NCBI RefSeq assembly: GCF_009914755.1
Contig: NC_060941.1
DNA length: 64,000 nt
Source of the DNA: the human T2T-CHM13v2.0 reference genome, Homo sapiens
Direction: 5' to 3' (one strand)
The notes below the pieces were generated by a model. It searched no databases. It saw only the letters and a list, made by a program, of their open reading frames with translations, and was not told the origin of the DNA. This document shows, piece by piece, positions 48,388 through 64,000 of this stretch. The translations under genes and the position numbers were made by a program. Each line of letters opens with the position of its first letter. Position 1 is the stretch's first letter.

Positions 48388-49844
48388 AAACCATTTACCA
48401 GGCACCTGACTGACACCAGATTCTGGCACAAGATGCACAACCATGAACCAGAGAGACAAGGTGCCTGGCCTCATGGAGTTCACACTCCAACAAGCAAGGC
48501 AAGTCCATCAGTAACAACACCATGAGACTCACACTCTGCCAAAAGGGTAAGCACACACTGTAGGGACACAGAGACAAGGCAACTGATGCTACAGTTGGGG
48601 AACATTTCACTGGCAGGCTGGAATTGGAGCCAAGTAACAGAAGATGAGAACTAGACAGAGGAGAACAGAGAGAGAAAAGCTGTTCCAGACAGAGGGAACA
48701 GTGAGAGTGAAGCCACGGAGTGCCAAGGGGATTCGCATGTGCTGGGATCGGGGAAGCTGGGTGGCTGGGAACACAGATGCAGCAGGAGAAGGGAAACATG
48801 TTGGGGCTAGAAAGGGAAGGGCTTAGGAGGCTAGACTTTAACTGGTGGGCAGCAGGGAGCCAAGCGAGGCACTCATTTGCTAGGTGGCTCAGGGCATGAC
48901 ACTTTTCACTGGAGCCCGAGTTTCCCCCAAGGCAAAATGAATAAGCTGGGGGTGGAAAAGGCCCTAAGTTGATAGAATTTTACTTTCCCTGTTTATGCGG
49001 CTGCCACAGAGTGCACAGCAGCTCCTGAAAGACGTGGCTCAGCACCGCCGCTAGCAGCTTGGGCAAGAGTTAGCTGCAGCCCAGGGCTGGTCTGGGCCTC
49101 TCTTGGGGGGCAGGGACAGCGGAGGGCTACAAGAAGGCCAGCCCTGAAAAAGCAAGGGACCCACAGATCCCCACCAAGCCTGCTGCAGCTGCTTATGATA
49201 AAGGAAGGGCTATATTTTTCAGTGATTGGCTTTGGCCTCCACATGGAAGTGGGTACCACTGGCAGGTGCTGCCTGGAGTGTTGCACGTGGGTGCAGAAGA
49301 AACAAGAAGACGGAAAGTGGGAGGGCCCTAGGCCTGGCCTTGACAACGGAACTCCACCCACTTCCAGGTTGGACGAGCTTGCAAAGGAGGGGTGGATGGA
49401 AACCCAGGGGGGTATAGCAGCTCAAGCGGCAAGGGGAGAGAGTGTCAGAAGGAGGAGGAATGCCACTGACAGGTGAAGCTAAATAAAAGCTGAAAGGCGT
49501 CCCTGGATTTTGTGACACGGAGTACACTGATGACCTCAGAGCTGCCTGGGTCAAGGGCAGGACAGAGGTCAGAATGCAGTGGCACGAGGATTAGACTTCA
49601 GGCTCCCACCTCGGCCCCACATTGCAACCCTGGGCAGCCAAACACCAACATTCTGAATGAACCAGTCTGGGGGACAGCCTGGGCATCGGGGATTTTAAAA
49701 AGCTCCCCAGGATTCCAACACGCAGCCACAGTTGAGAGCCACCAATGTAGAAAATCTGCAGAGCTGCTTTTCCCCAACTGTCCTCAAAAGGATCATGGAG
49801 GAAATGAGCTAAACATACAGCTTTCCGTGCTTGCCTGAGTCTGA

Positions 49845-50195
<351 letters not shown>

Positions 50196-50988
50196 AGTAA
50201 TTTGTATTTTTAACAAGCATTCGGGTGAAAGGGAGGCAGGAAACAGAGCTGCAGCTGAGACAGTTTTGCTAGGTTTGTTTTTGTGATTTGGAGAGATGTA
50301 AACGTGCTACAGATAGGCAAGCCTAGGTAGAGATGCTGAGGGTGAAGAGATGGGAATGGAAAGGCCTAAGAGAGAGCAGAAGATTCCAGAGAGCGTGTGG
50401 GGAGCAGACTCCAGAGCCCAGGGCCAGGGGGTCTTGGGAAAGGGGCCAGGAGGCGAGGAAGGGGGCACAGTAGATGCAGATGCGATGTCAATAACAGAGC
50501 AGGGGGAGCCCCTTCTACAGTGTCTGTCTTTTTCGTGAAGCAGAAGGTGGGCGGGACAGGGAGAAGGATGGAGCTATGGCCAGTGGGAAGTCTTGGGAAT
50601 GGTGGCTCTGGAGAGTGGTGGGGAGGAGACAGGAGATGCAGGGCAGGCATGCCGGCAACGGGACGCCCGGTGAAGGCCGGTGACCGCAATCGCCCTGCCT
50701 TCTCTGCAGAGGACATGCAGGCGCCGACCCACAGAGAAAGGTGAGCTCAATTGGGCCAGACTAGACGGCAAGAGGGAGAGTCAAAGGACCGATTGTGAAA
50801 TCTGAGCTAGTTAGGAAAAGTAAAGAAAGGCACTGATGACTGGGAGAAAATAAGGGAGCAACAAAGTAGAGGACAAGTGAAGGGGAGTGGCTGATATAGC
50901 CGGCCAGCTGGCCTCACAGAGAGCTGCACAGAGCGGCGCAGGAGAGACAGAACCAGTGGAACCGCGCACCAGCCCCGAAGCTACTCAC

Positions 50989-51087
50989 ACTCCAGGAGCT
51001 CAGGTCTGGACTTGGCCAGGAAGGTCTCCAGCACCTTGGCCTTGAGAGATGTTGAGTTCGGATGTGAGCTGGTGGCTTTGGCTGCAG
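50989..51087 (-). CDS. TRIM25: TRIM25 exon 8, (A)[32 protein letters not shown]
   Basis: tcccag|CT GCA...GAG T|gtgagt; 99 nt, phase 1/1. Confidence 0.95.
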
Positions 51088-51166
51088 CTGGGAGAGGAAA
51101 CAGAGAGTGATTTGCAGAACAAACTCAGAGTGGACACCCCAAAGCTCCTTGCCCATGATAACTTAC

Positions 51167-51250
51167 CCTCCAAGCCAGCTTGTTTTAAATCCACTAACTG
51201 TTCCGGGGCTCCAAACGTGGGAAGCTTGCTGGGTAAGGCAGGGACAGGGG
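51167..51250 (-). CDS. TRIM25: TRIM25 exon 7, (P)[27 protein letters not shown]
   Basis: cccccag|CC CCT...GAG G|gtaagt; 84 nt, phase 1/1. Confidence 0.95.
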
Positions 51251-51571
51251 CTGGGGGTAAGGAAAGGGAAATATGATACAGAGCAACGGGATGGCCTCTA
51301 CTCCCTTCCACACTGATTAAGAGCCACTTCTACAAACACACGCCTGAACAGCAGGACAACACAGGGGAAAACAGACAAGGCTAAAGTCACCTTATTCATC
51401 TCACTTATGCTTGTCCTCCCCTCCAGCCTCAGGCCTGCTGCCATTACAGAATGGAATCATATAGAACCCATCACAGAACCCTGATGAGAGAGGTCGACTC
51501 TCACTACCAGCATTTAGTTCTGTGCTCGGGCAGTCTCAAGAAACGAACAGTTGCAGAAATGCATAACTTAC

Positions 51572-51598
51572 GAGGTTTCTTGGATTTCTTTTCCTCTT
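51572..51598 (-). CDS. TRIM25: TRIM25 exon 6, 27-nt microexon (K)EEKKSKKP
   Basis: ttttgcag|AA GAG GAA AAG AAA TCC AAG AAA CCT C|gtaagt; joins exons 5 and 7 in frame to give KKVSKEEKKSKKPPP. Confidence 0.93.
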
Positions 51599-52016
51599 CT
51601 GCAAAAGAAAGTTTTCAGATTTAATTTCTTTTAAGGCACAACACAATGACATTTTCAAAATAATAACATTCATGTGCATGAATTTGACCCAGACAAATAA
51701 AAGGATGTTTTAATTTGAAAAACAGAAGGAGTCAGCAGGCAAAATGAATCTATAGTGATAGAAACCAGCATGAGCGGTCGTGGGGGCGGGGACTGACTAA
51801 TAAGGAGCATGAAGGAATTTTCTGGAGAAAGGGAAATTCTTTATCTTGATTTGAACAATGGTAACACATGTATGCATTTGTCAAAATAGATCTAACTGCA
51901 CATTTAAGATTTACTGCAGGGAAAAAAGAGATTTACTGCAGGTAAATTATATTTCCATAAAGGAAAAAACACAAAAACCAAATAGGGAATCAGAAAAAAA
52001 AAAAATGCTTGCCAAG

Positions 52017-52766
<750 letters not shown>

Positions 52767-53746
52767 ATAGTAAATGCAAATTCTTGGGCCCCAAGCCAGA
52801 GCCACTGAATCATAAAGGCTGGGGGTGAGACCCAGCAATCTGTGATGTACAAGCCCTCCAGGTGAGTCCAAAGTCCACTCAAGTGGGCTAGAAGATCCCA
52901 GCTTCCTTCTTTGCCACCTTCCACAACACTGGAACAAAAAGGGGTGTTTTTGAAATCATATCCCTGCCCACCTGCAGGACACCTGACATTACAGATAAGC
53001 CCTGCTCTCTCCTATTACCCTCTCCCTCCCCCAGACCCCCATCACACCACAAAGCCCCCTTGCTACCGCTTCTCCTACTTCGAAGTCACATCACTCACAG
53101 TCGCTCACTCTCCCATTTCCTCCCCTTCTGCCACTTTCCCACCCACTCCCTGTGGACCAGCATCTTGGGAGGCCCAGGCTGTGACATCAATCTAGGGCAC
53201 AGGCACCTCCCTCATCACCTACCCTTAGACATCTCTCTGCACTGGGACTACTCCATACCCCCTCCCCTATTTCCCCATTTCAGCCTAGAGGAGCCTTGAT
53301 TCATTCCCGAACTTTATTCTCCAGGGTGTCATTCTGCTGTGACATGAGGACCTCACCTCACTGGGGAACACACCTGCCTGCTGGCCGGCATCCCTACCTC
53401 ATTCATACTAAGGGAGGAGCTTTCAGAGGAAGGTGACTGGGGAAGGACACAGGTCAACAGTACCTTTCCACTTCCTCTTTCACTCCTCTTTTCACACAAA
53501 GTACCCTTCGAGGTTTTCCGGCCCAGCTAAGGGCTCCCTCCTCCATCTGCACCAGGCATCCCAGCCCTGACTCTGTTCCATTCGGGGACCGATACCACAC
53601 TCTGCCTGCTACAGGTGACCTGAACACTAAGCACAAGCAACAACAACAAAGAGCAAGCCCTGGCTCTCTCATCCCCCCAACACCAGCAGTGTGCAGCCAG
53701 CCCTCCTGGGTTCACACCAACTTTTCAGGGAAGCAATGACAGCTAA

Positions 53747-54011
53747 CATTTCAGTGGTATATGGACATGTCAGTGGTATATGAACATGTCAGCGGTATAT
53801 GGGCATGTCAGCGGTATATGGACATCTCAGCGATATATGAACATGTCAGCGGTATATGGACATGTCAGCAGTATATGGACATCTCAGCGGTATATGGACA
53901 TGTCAGCAGTATATGAACATCTCAGCGGTATATGGACATGTCAGCGGTATATGGACATCTCAGTGGTATATGGACATCTCAGTGGTATATGGACATCTCA
54001 GTGGTATATGG
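53747..54011 (+). repeat. 19-bp minisatellite (CAGCGGTATATGGACATGT)n, ~14 units, TRIM25 intron 5
   Basis: Visible 19-bp period. Confidence 0.96.
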
Positions 54012-54761
54012 CTCATAAAGAGCTCTCACAATCAGTGTCCCCTCATCACTCAGAATCATCCTGTGGCCTCGATATCACTATTGTCCACATTTGCAGAACA
54101 GGACCACTCTTCTCCTCAACCCCCATGTCAATGGCAGGTGCCTGCCCAATGAGGGGGATAGTACCCCTAGGAGGGCAAAAATGGATCCTTGGGGGAGGGG
54201 GAGTAAAAAAGATTACTCTTTTTATGTGTAAAAGCACAAACATAAACAGTTATGCAGTAGATGGGTGGTATTAAAATTTCATGGGTTGTAATTAGGAAAA
54301 AAATTTTCTCAAATGGTTCTGGGGATGAGCAGGAGGAGGGTAACAGTGAGAAACCAAAAAAAAAAAAACAGTTGAGAAACATGGTAATAGCAGAAGCCCA
54401 TTACAACCCAGAGACTTAACACTGCTGAGATGCCAAGGAGGTTTAGCCTCCACCCTTCCTGGACCGCCATCAGTCTCCTTGCCCAAGGCTCTGCCCAAGG
54501 ACTTGGGTATAGTAAATATTTCTCAAAACAAGCCAGCCTCAGGCATCTTGCTGTTCCAGGCAGCCCAAACGTGCAATGCTGATGGACAGCGGAGCTTCTG
54601 CCACAGCCCTACAGCCCCCCGCAGTGGGGACTGCCACCAACTTCTTTCCCACTGAGGTCCAGGCCCCACAGTGACTCGGGATGGGCCGGAAGTGACTTGG
54701 CCAGAGCCTGGGGAGGCCACAGCCATGCTGTTGCCATGGAGACAGGGGTGGGGCTACTTAC

Positions 54762-54827
54762 TGGAGACCTTCTTCACAGGGCGTGTGGATTTGTGTGTGG
54801 ACGCTGGGTCATGCTCTCCAGGGTCAC
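54762..54827 (-). CDS. TRIM25: TRIM25 exon 5, (G)[21 protein letters not shown]
   Basis: acacag|GT GAC...TCC A|gtaagt; 66 nt, phase 1/1. Confidence 0.94.
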
Positions 54828-55443
54828 CTGTGTCAGAGAAGAAGGGCTCAGTGTGTGCGGCTCCTCTCACTGACCCTAGCAGCCAGCTTTGCCATGGGTC
54901 GGTGGGCAGGCAGAGGGTTTACACAGACAGCCATTTCCTCCGACCTTCCCCATCCCATCGCTTACAAGAGCTACAAACAAGGTGATCTAAGAACCAGTTT
55001 GGTGTATTCCCTTTTTTCTCTGACTTTTTAAAATGTAGCAAGGGCCAAGTCTTTTTTCCACCAGCACCCAGCTCTGTGGCCTCTGAGACTTCTCTGAGCT
55101 TTGGTTTCTTCGAGCACACAATGGGGATGACTTCACCTTGCTCATGGTTGATGTGACTCCTGAATGAGATCAAGGTCATGTAGCGGAGGCTGGGTCAACA
55201 CTTGTTCCTTTCCCACTATTCTTTCTCTCCCCTCCTCCCACATACCAGCCACCTATAGCTTTGCCCCCACGCAGCACTTCCACAATGGGGCTGCACCGCC
55301 ACCGATTTCAGAAGCCCTTCTGCAAGGACACTCGGCAGGCCAAGCTGAGATTCAAGCCCAATCTTGGACTACACAACAGAGATTTACTATGGGCCAGGCT
55401 CTGTGCTAGGCACTAGGGAAATAGCGTTGAAGAAAAATCAGAC

Positions 55444-56061
<618 letters not shown>

Positions 56062-57064
56062 TCACAGAGATCACAACCTAATGAGGGAGATATACGGGGA
56101 TCCCAAGGAAGAATGCGATACTACCCATGCAAGAGTCCCAAGAGGATGACAAGGACCCTGGGCCCAGTCTGAGGAGTGGGAGCAGTGGCAGGGGAGGCTG
56201 GCTATAAATGTAATGTTTTGCTGATCTTTGAAGGGTGAGAGGAGTTAATTAGTGAAGACGGTGGAGTTCAAGCCTTCTGGAGAGTGGGGAAGAGCAAACA
56301 CAAAGGCCCTGTAGCAGGAAGTTTTGCATATTTGAGGAACTGAATGCAGAGAGATGCACCAGAGGAGAGTGGGGGGCGCCTTGGGGCTGGAGAGAGACCA
56401 ACAGGGCTTGACCTGGCATCTAGACCAGGGTCAAGGGTTTGGTCTGCATCAGGGAGTAATAGGAAGCCTAGTGAGAGGGCAAAGCAGAATAGGTCCCAGG
56501 ACATGAGCTCTGCATCATGAAAATCCCTCTCTGGCTGCAGCGGCAGATGCAGAGGGTTTAGGAAGCTGCTACAGTCATGGGGCGACAGGTGATGGCAATG
56601 GAGAACAGGCAAGCAGTGCTAGGATCAGCAGACTGAGTCAGGAGATTGAAAGAAGTGAAATTTGGCAATGGATTGGATATGGGGTGATGAAAAGGGGGTG
56701 TCAAAGAGGAATTCTAGATTTCTCCCCCAAACGGGCCATTCCCCCACCAAACACAATAACAAGCCCTAGCTTATTCAAAACCCATCCAAGTTGGCCTCAA
56801 GATCACAGGCCAAAAGAGCCTATCTGTCCAGAAAGTCCAAGCATTAACATCAAGTCCCCAAAAATGCTTTAGGAAAGATCCTAAAATGTCAGGATGAAGC
56901 AGACTCCCCACCAGCCTCCAGACAGAGGGCGGATGTTTCAGGAGCCCTGAAACTCAGGCCCCAGTGCTCGGGATCACGCCCCAATCTCCCATCCCAAAAC
57001 ATTTAGGGGACCCATCGGGTTGCAGGGTTCCACAGGGGGCAGCATAGGGGGCTGCTAAGGTCAC

Positions 57065-57224
57065 CTGAACTGGGGGTGGGCTCCTGGAGCCGCCCGATGC
57101 ACTGCTTCAGCTCGTTTTTGAGGTCTATGGTGCTCTGGTGGATGCCTTTTATCAGCTTGTGGTTCAGTTCCACCTCGGGGATGTAGACTGGCTTTGTTGA
57201 GATTCCTCGCAGTTTTGATGCTTT
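57065..57224 (-). CDS. TRIM25: TRIM25 exon 4, [24 protein letters not shown]...QEPTPSS(G)
   Basis: ttccag|AAA...TCA G|gtgacc; 160 nt; Pro at residue 358 by count. Confidence 0.96.
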
Positions 57225-58387
57225 CTGGAACATGCCAGGGGGTTAGTGCAGGCAGCTCTGGTGAAACGGGGACCTGGGCTCAGTCCTCACCAACCCCAGG
57301 AGGCTCTCCCCTATGCCCAAGAGTGCTAAGTCCAATTGGCCTTCTCAAATTACAGGCCAGAGGTCACCAGGAGTTTAAATGACACTTGAAGACACAGTAA
57401 TCTGGAGCTGGAGGGGACCCCAGAGGTCACTCATCTTACAGATGGGGAAACTGAGGTCTAGACATGGCAGGAACTCCACCAGCTAGGGGCACAGACACAG
57501 CTGGGACTGAGATCTTCCGATCCCCCAGGACAATGTTCTTTCCACTTTTCCAGCTAAAGGTGGAAAAGCACAGGAAACTCAGGACCACCCCAATCCTAGG
57601 GGAACAGCTCTAATCACACATTCTGGTAACAGACAGGGACATCTCAAGGGATGTGGATTGCAGCCAGGGAATATCTTATGGGAAGGGAGGGTCTTCCTGG
57701 AAGTCCCAAACTTTGAGAAAAATAGGGTTGTACAGTATCAAGAAGCCTAGATGTGCACTCAGATCCTTCGAGAGCTCGGGGCAGCTGCTCCAACAGACAG
57801 GAATGAACACTTGGGATGAAACTTAACGCCATCCAGACTAGGCACGCATCAGGCCTCAGTGCACAGAGACAAGGTTCCCATTCACTCCTGCACTGTCTCC
57901 CCACCCCCTGATCTGAACAAGGAATCTGGGTCTTTCAGGTATAGCTGCAGGTCACTCAATCAATGGGGCACACCACTATATGCCAAGCACTCTGCTATGT
58001 GCTGGTCAGATTGGCAGGAGGATGAATGGGGGTAATAAGAGATGGGCTTACAGTCAAAACAGCCATGAAAAAATGCACATCTGAAACAACATCACCCAAT
58101 GTTACTGTAGAAACAGTGTGGCATGCTTGGGAACACCGATACGGCATGGCAATGGGATCCAAGGCCCTGGAAGGATACGACTCACTAGGCAAGAATGCCC
58201 AGCATGGCATCCCACCCACACCCACTGTGTCTGGGGAACAGTGAGTGCATAGGGCATGAGCCAGGGATGGATGATATGAGATGAGACTGCTGGCACAGGC
58301 GGGGCCCAGTCACCTAGGACCCTGCAGGCCATGTTAAGGGACATGAGGCCAGAAACAGCAGGGGGCCCATGCTTTAGACAGATACTT

Positions 58388-59122
<735 letters not shown>

Positions 59123-59169
59123 CACTTCCAGGAGCTGCTGGAGGAAGGATGGGAGGAAGAGGTGGAGTG

Positions 59170-59772
59170 TGAGTGGCAGGCAACGTTCTAAGATGGCCCT
59201 CAAGCCCCCGACCCCGACTGATGTACATACCCTATAGTATGCCCTCCCCTTCAGTATCGGCAGGACGGTGAATGAAATAGGATATCACTCCTGTGATTAG
59301 GTTATGTCATGTGGCAAAGGGGGTGGAATATTGCTGGTGTAATTAGCATCTCAAATCAATTGATTTTGAGTTCATCAAAGGGCAATTATCTGGGGTGGGC
59401 CTGACTTAATCAGGTAAAAGACCTTAAAAGAGGGATTGCATCTTTCTAGAGGAGAAATTCTCATGCTGGCCTTGAAGAAGTCAGCTATCAATCTGAGAGA
59501 CAGCCAGCAGGAAATTGCGGGGGGCCTCAGTCCTACAACCATAAGGAACTAAATTCTGCCAACAACCACATGAGCCTGGAAGACAACCCTGAGCTCCAAA
59601 GGAAACAGCCTGGCCATCCCTCGCAGACTGTAGCCTGGTGAGACCCTATGCAGGCCACCCATAAAGCCATGTCCAGATTCCTGAGCCAGAGAAACTCTGA
59701 GAGAATAAATATGTGTTTTTTGAAGCCCCTACATTTGTGGTAAGTTGTTGCCCAGCTCAGAAAACTAATACA
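59170..59772 (+). mobile_element. MLT1-type MaLR LTR
   Basis: TTCTAAGATGGCCC start; GAAAACTAATACA end. Confidence 0.75.
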
Positions 59773-59900
59773 GCGTGTGTCTCAGGGATGCTTCCAGTGA
59801 CCTCTTCCAGTCTCCCGCTCCTTGAGGGCCCTATCATCAACAGCATGACATCAGGCAAAAAAAAAAAAAAAACATTCAACAATGCCTTGTGGCGACCTAC

Positions 59901-60134
59901 CTCCAGAAACTCGAACTCATCCCTCTTGGTCAGGCTCTGTTCAATCTCCTCCTTCAAGGTCTGGATCTCACTCTTCTTCTTGAGGAGAATCTGATAAATG
60001 GTGTCAAACTTGCTGTTGACCCTCTTCTCCTCTTCCTTTATCTTCCTTGTCGAGGTGGTCTCTGAGGCGTCCAAGAGAGCCTTCATTTCCGTGTATTCTT
60101 GTTGTAGCTGCTCCACCTTTCTGTTTGCAGTCAT
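59901..60134 (-). CDS. TRIM25: TRIM25 exon 3 (coiled coil), [14 protein letters not shown]...RDEFEFLE
   Basis: minus strand cag|ATG ACT...GAG|gtaggt; 234 nt; matches the internal part of ORF 59757..60305. Confidence 0.97.
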
Positions 60135-60164
60135 CTGAGAGGGCCAAGGTAAGAGGATGCCCGT

Positions 60165-63772
<3,608 letters not shown>

Positions 63773-64000
63773 CTTCCTTTTTGTAAATAGATGCAACCCT
63801 ATGAGCTATATACTTTTGCTTCCTCTTTTTCTCCCACTTTATATCATAACCATTTTTCTGAATTACTACTTTTTAATCCTAATTTATAATGATTTCCCCC
63901 ACAGTTGGGCTTATAGGTAATTTTTGGTTTGGGTTTGCAAAGGATCTCTCTCAGACACACAGCTGTCTGCATGCTTTGCAAGGTTGATGTTTCATCCTGA

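Noticed and set aside
47936-48525. His/Pro/Ser-rich ORFs and a dense YCAY (NOVA-like) cluster
   Set aside because: Simple (TCCA)n repeat; the YCAY motifs are antisense to the TRIM25 pre-mRNA
53747-54274. Regular 19-bp array and 164-aa repetitive ORF, superficially CRISPR-like
   Set aside because: Head-to-tail minisatellite with no unique spacers and no cas genes, in a human intron

Overview
Human (or very closely related primate) genomic DNA from the convergent DGKE / TRIM25 locus (chr17q22 by gene content). The + strand carries DGKE (diacylglycerol kinase epsilon) coding exons 4-12 (931-18052) and a probable ~6.8 kb 3'UTR ending near 24840. The - strand carries TRIM25 coding exons 3-9 (60134-47346). 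Its 3'UTR contains the MIR3614 hairpin and a perfect oestrogen response element, and probably ends at a poly(A) signal donated by a MER21-type LTR (~43575). The ~19 kb between the genes holds a FAM89B-derived processed pseudogene (MTVR2), ERV/MaLR remnants, many Alus, a GAA tract and a palindromic AT-rich VNTR. The most unusual items are retrotransposition and repair scars readable directly from the sequence: (1) a full-length U6 fused to an ERV-LTR 3' end with poly(A) and TSD, nested in an Alu; (2) an Alu-Alu recombination duplication with a chimeric Alu, in which one copy later gained a tailless 24-nt U6 insert while the other keeps the empty site; (3) a young AluYh-type insertion; (4) two templated-insertion scars in DGKE introns; (5) a twin-primed, prematurely polyadenylated L1. 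TRIM25 splice architecture also suggests testable isoforms. I found no evidence for a wholly new multi-gene system. Exon and residue numbering and repeat subfamily names come from recall and are not database-verified; repeat boundaries are approximate unless a TSD is quoted.
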